Positions 14,945 through 24,491 of a DNA stretch of 64,000 bases are shown here, one piece after another. The notes under the pieces are model-generated. The model made no database searches. It saw only the letters and a program-made list of their open reading frames with translations, and had not been told where the DNA came from. This stretch comes from Tubulanus polymorphus (taxonomy: Eukaryota; Animalia; Nemertea). A program made the translations under genes and the position numbers. The stretch is from contig NC_134026.1 in NCBI RefSeq assembly GCF_964204645.1, positions 22,478,150 to 22,542,149 on the forward strand, given 5' to 3'. How positions within the stretch are numbered: position 1 is the first letter of the stretch; each line of letters opens with the position of its first letter.

Positions 14945-17196
14945 TAATTTCATGTATATCAACTTACCTTTAAAGATTGCTGGGTTAAGTTCTGGCCTTT
15001 TCTGTGCACGGTTCCAGTTTGTAGATTTTGGACGAGTAGTTGATCTCAAACTGGATTTTTCTCATAGTTGAAATTTAGCTGCAATGATTAAAAGTAGATA
15101 TCCTGTAATGACAAAATATTTCTTTTAGAATTTATCAAAATAATTTCACGTATATCAAGTTACCTTTAATGATTGCTTGGTTATCGGCGATTATCCTATA
15201 AGTTGGTTAGTTAGTTGGCCTATCTGTGCTCTGTTCCAGTTGGTCGATTTTGGACGAATAGTTGATCTCAAACTGGGTTTTTCCCATAACTGAAATTTAG
15301 CTGCAATGATTAAAAGAAGATATCCTGTAATGAAAAAATATTTCACTTAGAATTTATCGAAATAATTTCATGTATATCAACTTACCTTTAATGATTGCTT
15401 GGTTCGTAATCTGCGTGGTTCATCTTAAGTTGGTTTGTTGATAAATTGGATTCTAGTTGGCCTCATCTGTGCACTGTTCCAGTTGGTCGATTTTGGACGA
15501 GTAGTCGATGTCAAGCTGGGTTTTTTTTCTTATAGTTGAAATTTAGCTGCAATGATTAAAAGTTAAGATATCCTGTAATGACAAAATATTTCATTTACAA
15601 TTTATCGAAATAATTCCATGTATATCAAGTTACCTTTTATGATTGCTTGGTTATCGGCGATTATCCTATTAGTTGGTTAGTTAGTTGGCCTCATCTGTGC
15701 CCTGTTCCAGTTGGTCGATTTTGGACGAATAGTTGATCTCAAACTGGGTTTTTCCCATAACTGAAATTTAGCTGCAATGATTAAAAGAAGATATCCTGTA
15801 ATGAAAAAATATTTCACTTAGAATTTATCGAAATAATTTCATGTATATCAACTTACCTTTAATGATTGCTTGGTTCGTAATCTGCGTGGTTCATCTTAAG
15901 TTGGTTTGTTGATAAATTGGATTCTAGTTGGCCTCATCTGTGCACTGTTCCAGTTGGTCGATTTTGGACGAGTAGTCGATGTCAAGCTGGGTTTTTTTTC
16001 TTATAGTTGAAATTTAGCTGCAATGATTAAAAGTTAAGATATCCTGTAATGACAAAATATTTCATTTACAATTTATCGAAATAATTCCATGTATATCAAG
16101 TTACCTTTTATGATTGCTTGGTTATCGGCGATTATCCTATTAGTTGGTTAGTTAGTTGGCCTCATCTGTGCCCTGTTCCAGTTGGTCGATTTTGGACGAA
16201 TAGTTGATCTCAAACTGGGTTTTTCCCATAACTGAAATTTAGCTGCAATGATTAAAAGAAGATATCCTGTAATGAAAAAATATTTCACTTAGAATTTATC
16301 GAAATAATTTCATGTATATCAACTTACCTTTAATGATTGCTTGGTTCGTAATCTGCGTGGTTCATCTTAAGTTGGTTTGTTGATAAATTGGATTCTAGTT
16401 GGCCTCATCTGTGCACTGTTCCAGTTGGTCGATTTTGGACGAGTAGTCGATGTCAAGCTGGGTTTTTTTTCTTATAGTTGAAATTTAGCTGCAATGATTA
16501 AAAGTTAAGATATCCTGTAATGACAAAATATTTCATTTACAATTTATCGAAATAATTCCATGTATATCAAGTTACCTTTTATGATTGCTTGGTTATCGGC
16601 GATTATCCTATTAGTTGGTTAGTTAGTTGGCCTCATCTGTGCCCTGTTCCAGTTGGTCGATTTTGGACGAGTAGTTGATCTCAAGCTGGGTTTTTTCTTA
16701 TAGTTGAAATTTAGCTGCAATGATTAAAAGAAGATATCCTGTAATAAAAAATATTTCATTTAGAATTTATCGAAATAATTCCATGTATATCAAGTTACCT
16801 TTTATGATTGCTTGGTTATCGGCGATTATCCTATTAGTTGGTTAGTTAGTTGGCCTCATCTGTGCCCTGTTCCAGTTGGTCGATTTTGGACGAGTAGTTG
16901 ATCTCAAGCTGGGTTTATTTTTTATAGTTGAAATTTAGCTGCAATGATTAAAAGAAGATATCCGGTAATGAAAAAATATTTCATTTAGAATTTATCGAAA
17001 TAATTCCATGTATATCAAGTTACCTTTTATGATTGCTTGGTTATCGGCGATTATCCTATTAGTTGGTTAGTTAGTTGGCCTCATCTGTGCCCTGTTCCAG
17101 TTGGTCGATTTTGGACGAGTAGTTGATCTCAAGCTGGGTTTTTTCTTATAGTTGAAATTTAGCTGCAATGATTAAAAGAAGATATCCTGTAATAAA
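14945..17196 (-). repeat. Tandem array of ~10 units (first ~195 bp, rest ~220-250 bp; A/B alternating higher-order repeat); each unit is a minus-strand exon plus ~85-nt intron
   Basis: Recurrent plus-strand (A/G)TTACCT = minus-strand AG|GTAA(G/C)T donor near 14962, 15157, 15378, 15626, 15848, 16097, 16321, 16567, 16791 and 17016; recurrent CTGCAATGATTAAAAG = minus-strand CTTTTAATCATTGCAG| acceptor. Confidence 0.9.
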
Positions 17197-18379
17197 CAAG
17201 AAAATTAATTTTAGAAAATTATTTGACGCCTGCGAAAAAAATGTAGAATTTCTGGGCTAAGCTAATGTGGAATTGCAAATTTGAAATCGAAGTTTTAAGA
17301 AATTTGGGGAATGATGAGATTTTGCGATTGGGTAGATGATACAGGTCTTCGACTCTAGTAGTGGTTTAAATTTTTTTATTGAAAATTCGTCAATAATTGA
17401 TCGCGAACTTGCGACCGACTTCATTTACTTATGCCTCTAAGCTGGTCTGCAACTTCATTGCCTCCATGGTTGAAGAAAGAGCTCTTCTGATGTCTGCTTC
17501 ATCATGACTTCGAGCATATCGTGTGGCCTAGCCAGCCGGCCCGGTCCCGGGCCACGGGTTTGGCTGTCACTCGATATCCTAGAGTCTTGAGTCTGGGTGG
17601 GTTGAAGTAGACATTGTCATTTAAAATAACATGCTTATGTTGTTCTGTATGAATTACCCGTGTGTCATGTATGTTGTATTAATTTATTTTAAAATTTGTA
17701 TTTATTGAATTGGGAATTTTATCCCGGAATTTCAATGTAATAAGGATCAATAAAGAATTGAATTGAATTGTCACCTAATACACATGCCATCAGAGGACGC
17801 GGAGCCGTATATGACAGCTATGCTATTATAAATTGCTAATCTCACGAAACCTGCATACTCCTAATATCAAACATATTTTCTAAAACGTTTGAATATTGAA
17901 ATTATATGTTTACACATTTTCATATTTACCGCTTGAAGCCGCTGATGAAATTCACGCCGGCCCTACACACATCGTAGATAGCTTCGTCATTCCACCGGCA
18001 TGCCAACGTTAGGGTCTGACTTTTATATCAGACTTCCAAATCGTGTATACATCCGCCATTTAACCGAATAATCCGATTTACTTATCATTTCTATTTATGC
18101 CTGCCGTTTCTGATATAATCATACATCCTTTACTATTACAATACGTCTTCTAATGATATTCAATGCAATATAACATTTCGACGTTCAAATATAGGTCATT
18201 ATATAATCACAGGAAGCCATTCTACATCTATGTCAATAATATTTTGCCAGATAGCTTGTTTGTGTACACATAGACCTGTGACGTTTTGCACATCGATTTA
18301 CGGCTGTCGTTTGTAAAATGACGCTGAATGGTTAACATTGTTTAGGTTTCATAATGGTAACGTTTTATAAGGCGTCAAA
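17197..18379 (-). mobile_element. Non-autonomous Helentron/HINE (DINE-1-like) element inserted into the tandem array
   Basis: Splits one array unit within its A-run (..GTAATAAA | AAATATTTCATTTAG..) without a TSD. Perfect 10-bp subterminal IR TTTGACGCCT (17222)/AGGCGTCAAA (18370); terminal hairpin AATTTT-CT-AAAATT followed by CTTGTT at the minus-strand 3' end. Confidence 0.7.
17620..17773 (+). mobile_element. Probable 3' tail of a 5'-truncated non-LTR retroelement nested in the HINE
   Basis: Ends in AATAAA followed by (GAATT)3; flanked by the direct repeat ATTGTCA (17613 and 17767). Confidence 0.4.
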
Positions 18380-18640
18380 AAATATTTCATTTAGAATTTA
18401 TCGAAATAATTCCATGTATATCAAGTTACCTTTTATGATTGCTTGGTTATCGGCGATTATCCTATTAGTTGGTTAGTTAGTTGGCCTCATCTGTGCCCTG
18501 TTCCAGTTGGTCGATTTTGGACGAGTAGTTGATCTCAAGCTGGGTTTTTTCTTATAGTTGAAATTTAGCTGCAATGATTAAAAGAAGATATCCTGTAATG
18601 ACAAAATATTTCATTTAGAATTTATCATAATAATTTCCAT
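18377..18640 (-). repeat. Continuation (11th unit) of the exon-intron tandem array after the HINE insertion
   Basis: Near-identical to the units at 16790-17190, including donor and acceptor motifs. Confidence 0.9.
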
Positions 18641-18720
18641 AAATGATATACCTAGAATAGCCTACTCGGTTATATTTGTAACACCGAACAAATTATAAGC
18701 GAACATACGATACCTAGTCG

Positions 18721-19094
18721 TACGGAAGCCCCTAGGTGACATATGAGATAATTTTTTTCATAATTTCGACTTATTAAGTCGAATTTCGACTTAATAAGTC
18801 GAAATTCGACATGAAAATAAAACTCGAAATTCGACTTAATTAACACGAAATTCGACTTATTATGTCGAAATTCGACTTAATAAGTCGAATTTCGACATAA
18901 TAAGTCGAATTTCGACTTAATAAGTCGAATTTCGACTTAATAAGTTGAATTTCGACATAATAAGTCGAATTTCGTGTTAATTAAGTCGAATTTCGACTTT
19001 ATAAGTCGAAATTCGACATAACAAGTCGAATTTCGTGTTAAATAAATCGAAATTGTGAAAAAACTTTCTCGTATGTCACCTAGGGGCTTCCGTA
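18721..19094. mobile_element. MITE with 28-bp TIRs, 6-bp TSD and an internal palindromic ~21-bp minisatellite
   Basis: TACGGAAGCCCCTAGGTGACATATGAGA ... TCTCGTATGTCACCTAGGGGCTTCCGTA; TAGTCG duplicated at 18715-18720 and 19095-19100; interior made of TAAGTCGAA(A/T)TTCGACTTA units. Confidence 0.9.
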
Positions 19095-19729
19095 TAGTCG
19101 AATGAAATCGCTCGCCATTTTGTTTTGGGTTCCACATTGGGTTTTCCCAATGGGCTTTCCCAATTACATCAGAAATTCCCAGAATTTCCGGTTTATCCAA
19201 CAAACAGCCAATCACATTCAATGTAGCTCAGTTAATGAGGTTAACTCAGATAAATAGAAGCGAGAAAATTTAGGTGGTTTATAAAGTGAGGACCCTAGGT
19301 CGAAAAGTTCATCGAGATGAGTCGCACAAAAAACGGCAACACTTCTACGAAGGATTGAACTTTTATATACATGTATTTCAATTCCAAGTATGCAAATTCT
19401 CATACATGAAAACGTACCATTACTTGGTGCTAAAAAGCAGGGTTTTTACGTGTTTTTCAAGAATAAGTCCCCTATAAATAACTTTATCACTATGAAATTT
19501 TTGTGGGCTCGAGAACTCATTATAAGCCAAACAATGAAACCAAAAATCAACACTATTGGTTTAACAGCCAATGTTTGTGCCTTGTTGACACACCGGTACT
19601 CTATTCATTTTCAATGAAAACTGCTTCTCCAGACCATTTGCATAGGCAAACCTACGGTTCACCAAAAATCAACTCACATTTCAAGTTTGCTGGGTTCAGT
19701 ATCGGTTAAAATGTTCTAAGTTCGTATCA

Positions 19730-19905
19730 AATATCAAATTACCTTTTATGATGGCTGGGTTCATTATCGGAGGATCTCCTAAGTTGGTTGGTTGAGTTTC
19801 ATCCAAATTGGCCCCTTCTGTGCACTGTTCTCTAATCGGCAGATCTTAGTTGATGAGCTCTCGTTTGACTTTTGAGTTGGTGTCCCTTACGATCGTGACA
19901 CACCT
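19730..19905 (-). repeat. Diverged copy of the array exon
   Basis: ATCAAATTACCTTTTATGATGGCTGGGTT...CCTAAGTTGGTT...TGGCCCCTTCTGTGCACTGTTC matches the array unit, including the donor. Confidence 0.7.
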
Positions 19906-20390
19906 GCCAGGAGCGAAACAGGCGGGAATCGAAGTACAGATATGTGATCGTCGGTCGTGTGTGATCGTCGGTCGAATTTACATCATTTTTTTTCCGATAA
20001 TTTTACAATATTTAGTCTTTTTTTTTCATATAAGTAGTCCGAAAGTTTACAAGGATGAAGATAATTTTGTCTAATTTTTTTTTGGAAATCGAAGTACAGA
20101 TATAGTTGCGTGATCGTCAGTCGATTTTACTTAATCTTTTTTCAAAATCGAAGTACTTCTTGGTCTTCTTGGGTGACGTCGAAGCTGTAATTGAGTAAAA
20201 GAAAAACATTTTGTCACACATTTCCTCATCATTAATCCTAATTTATATGTGAATCAACTTAACTTTCAAGATTGCGGAGTTCACTATTCTTTTTCCGGCA
20301 TCTTCTGTAGTCGCCTTCTACCATCTTCTTCTTCAACTTCTTGGGAGTCCTGAAATGAAAAAAAAGAGAAGAGCGATGAAAACCTGGTAC

Positions 20391-21098
20391 GGAACAAAAC
20401 TAATGTTCGAAAGCTTTTCAGCTCTCCGTCGCCGGTCACATGCCGAGAACACCAGACAATGAGCCAGCCAGGAATATACTGCCCTCTACACGCCCTCACA
20501 CAGAACGCGAAAACCAGAATGACAACGCCTCACATTCCCCATCTAACTGCAGGATGTACTGGGCGACGTCAGTAACTGACAAACCTGTAAGATTGCACGA
20601 AACAAAAATAGCGCAGTACAACCAGCTTGACCGGGTTGAGATTCAGGATCTCAACTAGCACTCAAAAGCGTGACAAGAGACTTCATCCACTGACCGAGGT
20701 TGTCACAAGGACACAATGAAACTAGCACTCAAACTAGAAATCAAAGGGCGTGACAGTAGAATCATCCCTCAGTCGACTCAGAATACCAGAAACAAAGGGC
20801 GTGACAGTAGAATCATCCCTCATCCGAGCGGTCACAAGGACCAATGAATGCTAGTGGCGTGACAATCCAGTATAACCACTCTATTTGTATCCCACGCAAT
20901 CCCACAGATATGCCCGTCATTGACATCACTCAGCACACTTTGTAGATAGGTGGGGGCAGTGAGGCCTCGTCATCCTGGTTTTCGTGTTCCGTATGAGGGC
21001 GTGTAGAGGGCAGAATTTCCTGACCGACTCTTTGTCTGACATCCTCGACACATGATCGGCGAAGGAGAGCTGACACTTTCGGACATTAGTTTTGTTCC
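20391..21098 (-). ncRNA. Candidate long hairpin RNA (~240-bp imperfect stem, ~230-nt structured loop)
   Basis: 20391-20631 aligns almost without gaps to the reverse complement of 20861-21098 (~75% identity by hand); the transition mismatches mostly read as G:U pairs on the minus strand. Confidence 0.6.
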
Positions 21099-21580
21099 AG
21101 CAAACGTTGAAATTCGACAGAGAAATCGGCCCTGAAAAATAAAACGGGTTAATTGCTGAAAAATAGAACGGATTAATAAACACGGAACAGTACAGGACAG
21201 CACGGAGACGAACAGTAACACATAAAACATAAAGACGTCCTTCCTCAGGAAGCAGGAACATGAGCAGGAGCGGGAGCGCAGCGAAAATCGCCAGGAGGAG
21301 AATCCACGGTAGCATGTTCACAGTGTGAGTAAGCTGAGGTGAATGGCCTATGCTTGTGTACACCGTGGTCAGCCGGTGACGTATTCAATAGCGCGTATGA
21401 ATGATATCAACAACTCTGAAAATCCGCAATTGTGTCTCTATTGTTGAATGGATTTACATTGAGAGCTTATAGAAGTTGAATGAAAAGGTTCTACTGCCTG
21501 GTTGAATACACGCCAGTAGCCAGCTGAACAATATCGTGGAACTTTAATAAGGCCATAAAAATAAATTTCCAACCATGGAT

Positions 21581-21885
21581 ATAGTTAATCTTAAGTTACT
21601 ATAAAACAATAGTTTTAAATAGAGACCTCACACGGCAGCACGCGCCATTTTGCAGAGCTTCTCTAGACCGGTGGTGACAGGTCTGCATTATTAAACGGAT
21701 GAAATGAAGGAAAACTTTAATTTTTTTGGTCTCATTATAGTAATGAGTATAATATCAATTGCTTACCATACATAGATTAAATCTTAAGTTACTATAAAGC
21801 AATAATTTTGAATCGAGACCTCACACGGCAGCTCGCTCCATTTTGCAGAATTTCTCGCGACCTGTGGTGACAGGTCTGCATTAAA
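21581..21885. repeat. Two ~110-bp direct repeats, each with a CCATTTT (YY1-like) motif, between divergent transcription units
   Basis: AATCTTAAGTTACTATAAA...GAGACCTCACACGGCAGC..CCATTTTGCAGA...GTGGTGACAGGTCTGCATTA occurs at ~21587 and ~21780. Confidence 0.8.
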
Positions 21886-22219
21886 ACTGATATAAATAGA
21901 AAAAAAATTTCTTGCTTTAAAATTTGCTTTAAATTGATGAGTTGATTTAAAATCAGTCTGTATATTGCACTCGGCTCTTTAACATGTACATCATAAAAAC
22001 AATGAATATAAATAGTGAGACTTCAGGACAGTGAGGAGTGAATGAATTCAAATGAACTATTAGTCAGAACATTTTCCTTATCGTTATTGTTGAATCATTT
22101 TCGATATTCACGACGGATCAGAATATTCATTCAACTCAAAATGTTCTTCCATTCGTCTAGCACATGCCTAGATATTTCGCCGTTTCGTCAAATATTGTTG
22201 TGAGTTTGGGTTTTTTTCG

Positions 22220-22275
22220 AGACCTGACATGACAGGTAAGACCTGTCATGTCAGGTCTTGAGACCTGACATGACA
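22220..22275. repeat. Perfect 18-bp inverted repeat (3-nt loop) plus a third partial copy upstream of the UBL gene
   Basis: AGACCTGACATGACAGGT-AAG-ACCTGTCATGTCAGGTCT, then AGACCTGACATGACA. Confidence 0.85.
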
Positions 22276-22366
22276 TATTCTGGAAACTCTGCAGACAGAC
22301 ATCATTCAAAATAGTTGATTGTCAACATACATTTCGTCCTCTGAAACTCCATCGATTGAATTCGAG

Positions 22367-24491
22367 ATGGGTACAACAGCAAGTAGCTCCGGTGCAGTTG
22401 GTGCACCAATAAATCCGAGGGTCGATTATGCTTATAATATGGAGAAAAAGACTGGAAAAGTAAATTCAATCAATTGCAAAAAAATTTCAACAGTCAACAG
22501 ACACCGTGAAATTTAGCTGCTGATAGCATCATTATTGACATCATCAGATTTAAGAAGAATCGATTCCTTAGTATTAGGCCAACCTATCTTCAAAATCAGT
22601 TCAATTGACCTTGATCCTTTCTGGTAAAAGTGCAGATCTGCACCTCTCCGCGTAAACGGTTCAATCAATTACATTAAATATCGTTTCAGATTGAAAATGT
22701 CATCAGCAATTCATACTATGTTGGTTAATTTTAATATATCTTCACTAGAAAGATTTAGCCTGGATACTGTCATTCAGTAGATTGCGTCAATCACGAGAGG
22801 TGCGGATCTGCACTTTTACCTCCTTTCTTAGTGTCTTAATGTTAGCCAATGGATATAAAAAATTCTGTGTGTCTATCATCAAAAAACTACCAATAAATAT
22901 GACTATGCCAATAGTGAATAGTTTTCAAGTTAAAACCTAAAAACATCTCTGCGGCCAGTGTTTCCTCCTACACAAAATCACTTACACTGGTCTGTTAAAG
23001 CTTTAAATCGGATGTTTCAATTAACGAAATTACATTCCAGACTACTATGATCGATACACCGGTGCTGATAAACCTACAACATGGAAGCATTCGTTACCGC
23101 GATATTGAAGAAAAAGATGAACCGCACTCATCTCGTCGACGAAGAGAAAGACCTCATGAAGGCCCCGATCGAGTTCAGAAGAAAGGTTACTTCTACCACG
23201 CTCATCTTGAGGACTTCAGTGAAAGTATGTTCGAGGTCTACTTATGTTGAAAATTTATAGGCCTAGTGGGATTATCACAATCCCTCATCTTATATAAAAA
23301 ATTCCAATATGAATATTTATATAATGAAAATCAATGATTTTGTACGATATAGGCCTCTATCAGATGAAAATAAATGTATTATATCATATTATATTATATA
23401 CACAGATCCAGTTGAAGTAGGTGTAGGTCCTTGAACTTTTTGGAAGAAAAATATGGTCAACAATTACTGCATTCAGGTTTACATATTTCTTGTAGTATTC
23501 CCTTTATTGATCTATTTTTACACTTTTTTAGATGCTGAACTGAATAAGGAAGCCGCATTCAAGTTTCGTTACGTTTGCCAAGGTCCAAGGTCTTCGAAAC
23601 AGAAGAAAGTTTACTATGTTTATGGTGTAGGTATGGATGCTATCGATCCCGGTATTATCAGGAAAGATGAAACGCCGAAAATAAAAAACTGTTTCTGGAA
23701 CGAAAATAAGAGGCAACCAACCCATGCGTATTTTAAGTTAGAATTACTGCCACAAGGTATGATATAAAATTCAAATAATTTCGTTTTGGATATAAAGCAA
23801 TGTTGAAAAAGCCAATTCAAATTTTAGGCACTTCTACAAGTACTGGGTAGATTTCAATTTTGATCATTTTCCAGAAGCGGAGTTAGAAATGGATACAGTT
23901 GAAGAATTAGAAAATGAGGCATTTTTGCATGATGCCCACGAAGCTTTAATGACTTATGAGTAAGTGGCTCTTTTTCGAATCCTGAAATTTCTGGCAATGG
24001 TCAGAATTTCGGTACTAAAATTTTTTGTTTTATTCGCAATTACGCTGATGCAAAATGTATTGCTTCTCTTGTTTTAGATTCAAGTTGACAGATACTGAAC
24101 GTGTTTCAATTTTGAAAGAACGGCTTAGTGTGAAAATCTTAAAACCGGTCAGTCAACTGCACCTTGCCCACGACAGTTCAGAATTAAGGTAAAGAATCAT
24201 GAATAAACTCCTAAATCTTTTCAGTTGGAGTTCAAAAATTTCAAAGCAGTATTCAATATAACAAGTATTAGATCCTGAATGGATTTCGATGTAAATTGAA
24301 TTACTGAAGATAAAAAGAATTAGTTTTTTGGTGAAACTGGCCATACAACACTGAATTCATCTAGATCTTATTCAGCATCTCTACTTAGCTTTTACCTTTT
24401 GTTTTCAAGGGATCAAGATGTAATTGGAGATCTTCGGAGAGATGAACAACGCAGCTTTAAAGTTTTCAGGGTTAACTTGACAGTAGCCTAG
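22367..24491 (+). CDS. Uncharacterised protein with MGxxxS N-myristoylation motif and C-terminal ubiquitin-like domain (6 exons)
   Basis: Exons ~22367-22459, 23041-23224, 23532-23756, 23875-23959, 24078-24188 and 24410-24491 join in frame via GT-AG. The C-terminus FKLTDTERVSILKERLSVKILKPVSQLHLAHDSSELRDQDVIGDL follows the ubiquitin pattern [38 protein letters not shown]; no terminal GG. Confidence 0.75.
22623..22820. mobile_element. Merlin-superfamily-like MITE in intron 1 of the UBL gene
   Basis: TIR GGTAAAAGTGCAGATCTGCACCTCTC / GAGAGGTGCGGATCTGCACTTTTACC; 8-bp TSD TCCTTTCT on both sides. GG termini with an 8-bp TSD fit Merlin. Confidence 0.8.

Noticed and set aside
14968-15078. In-frame TGA in the symmetric 111-nt first unit as possible selenocysteine
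   Set aside because: Other units have TGG or TAA at that position plus additional stops and frameshifts; no SECIS identified.
14945-17196. Array considered as a CRISPR-like repeat-spacer locus
   Set aside because: No unique spacers, units are whole-length near-identical, the context is eukaryotic and there are no cas genes.
20632-20860. Hammerhead ribozyme, box C/D snoRNA or SECIS in the hairpin loop
   Set aside because: No CUGAUGA...GAAA core, no proper C and D boxes, and no SECIS geometry seen by eye.
20926-21363. 145-aa hydrophobic minus-strand ORF (MLPWILLLAIFAAL...)
   Set aside because: Hydrophobicity follows from pyrimidine-rich sequence; it runs through acceptor-like tracts into the hairpin arm and has no homology. 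A micropeptide cannot be excluded.
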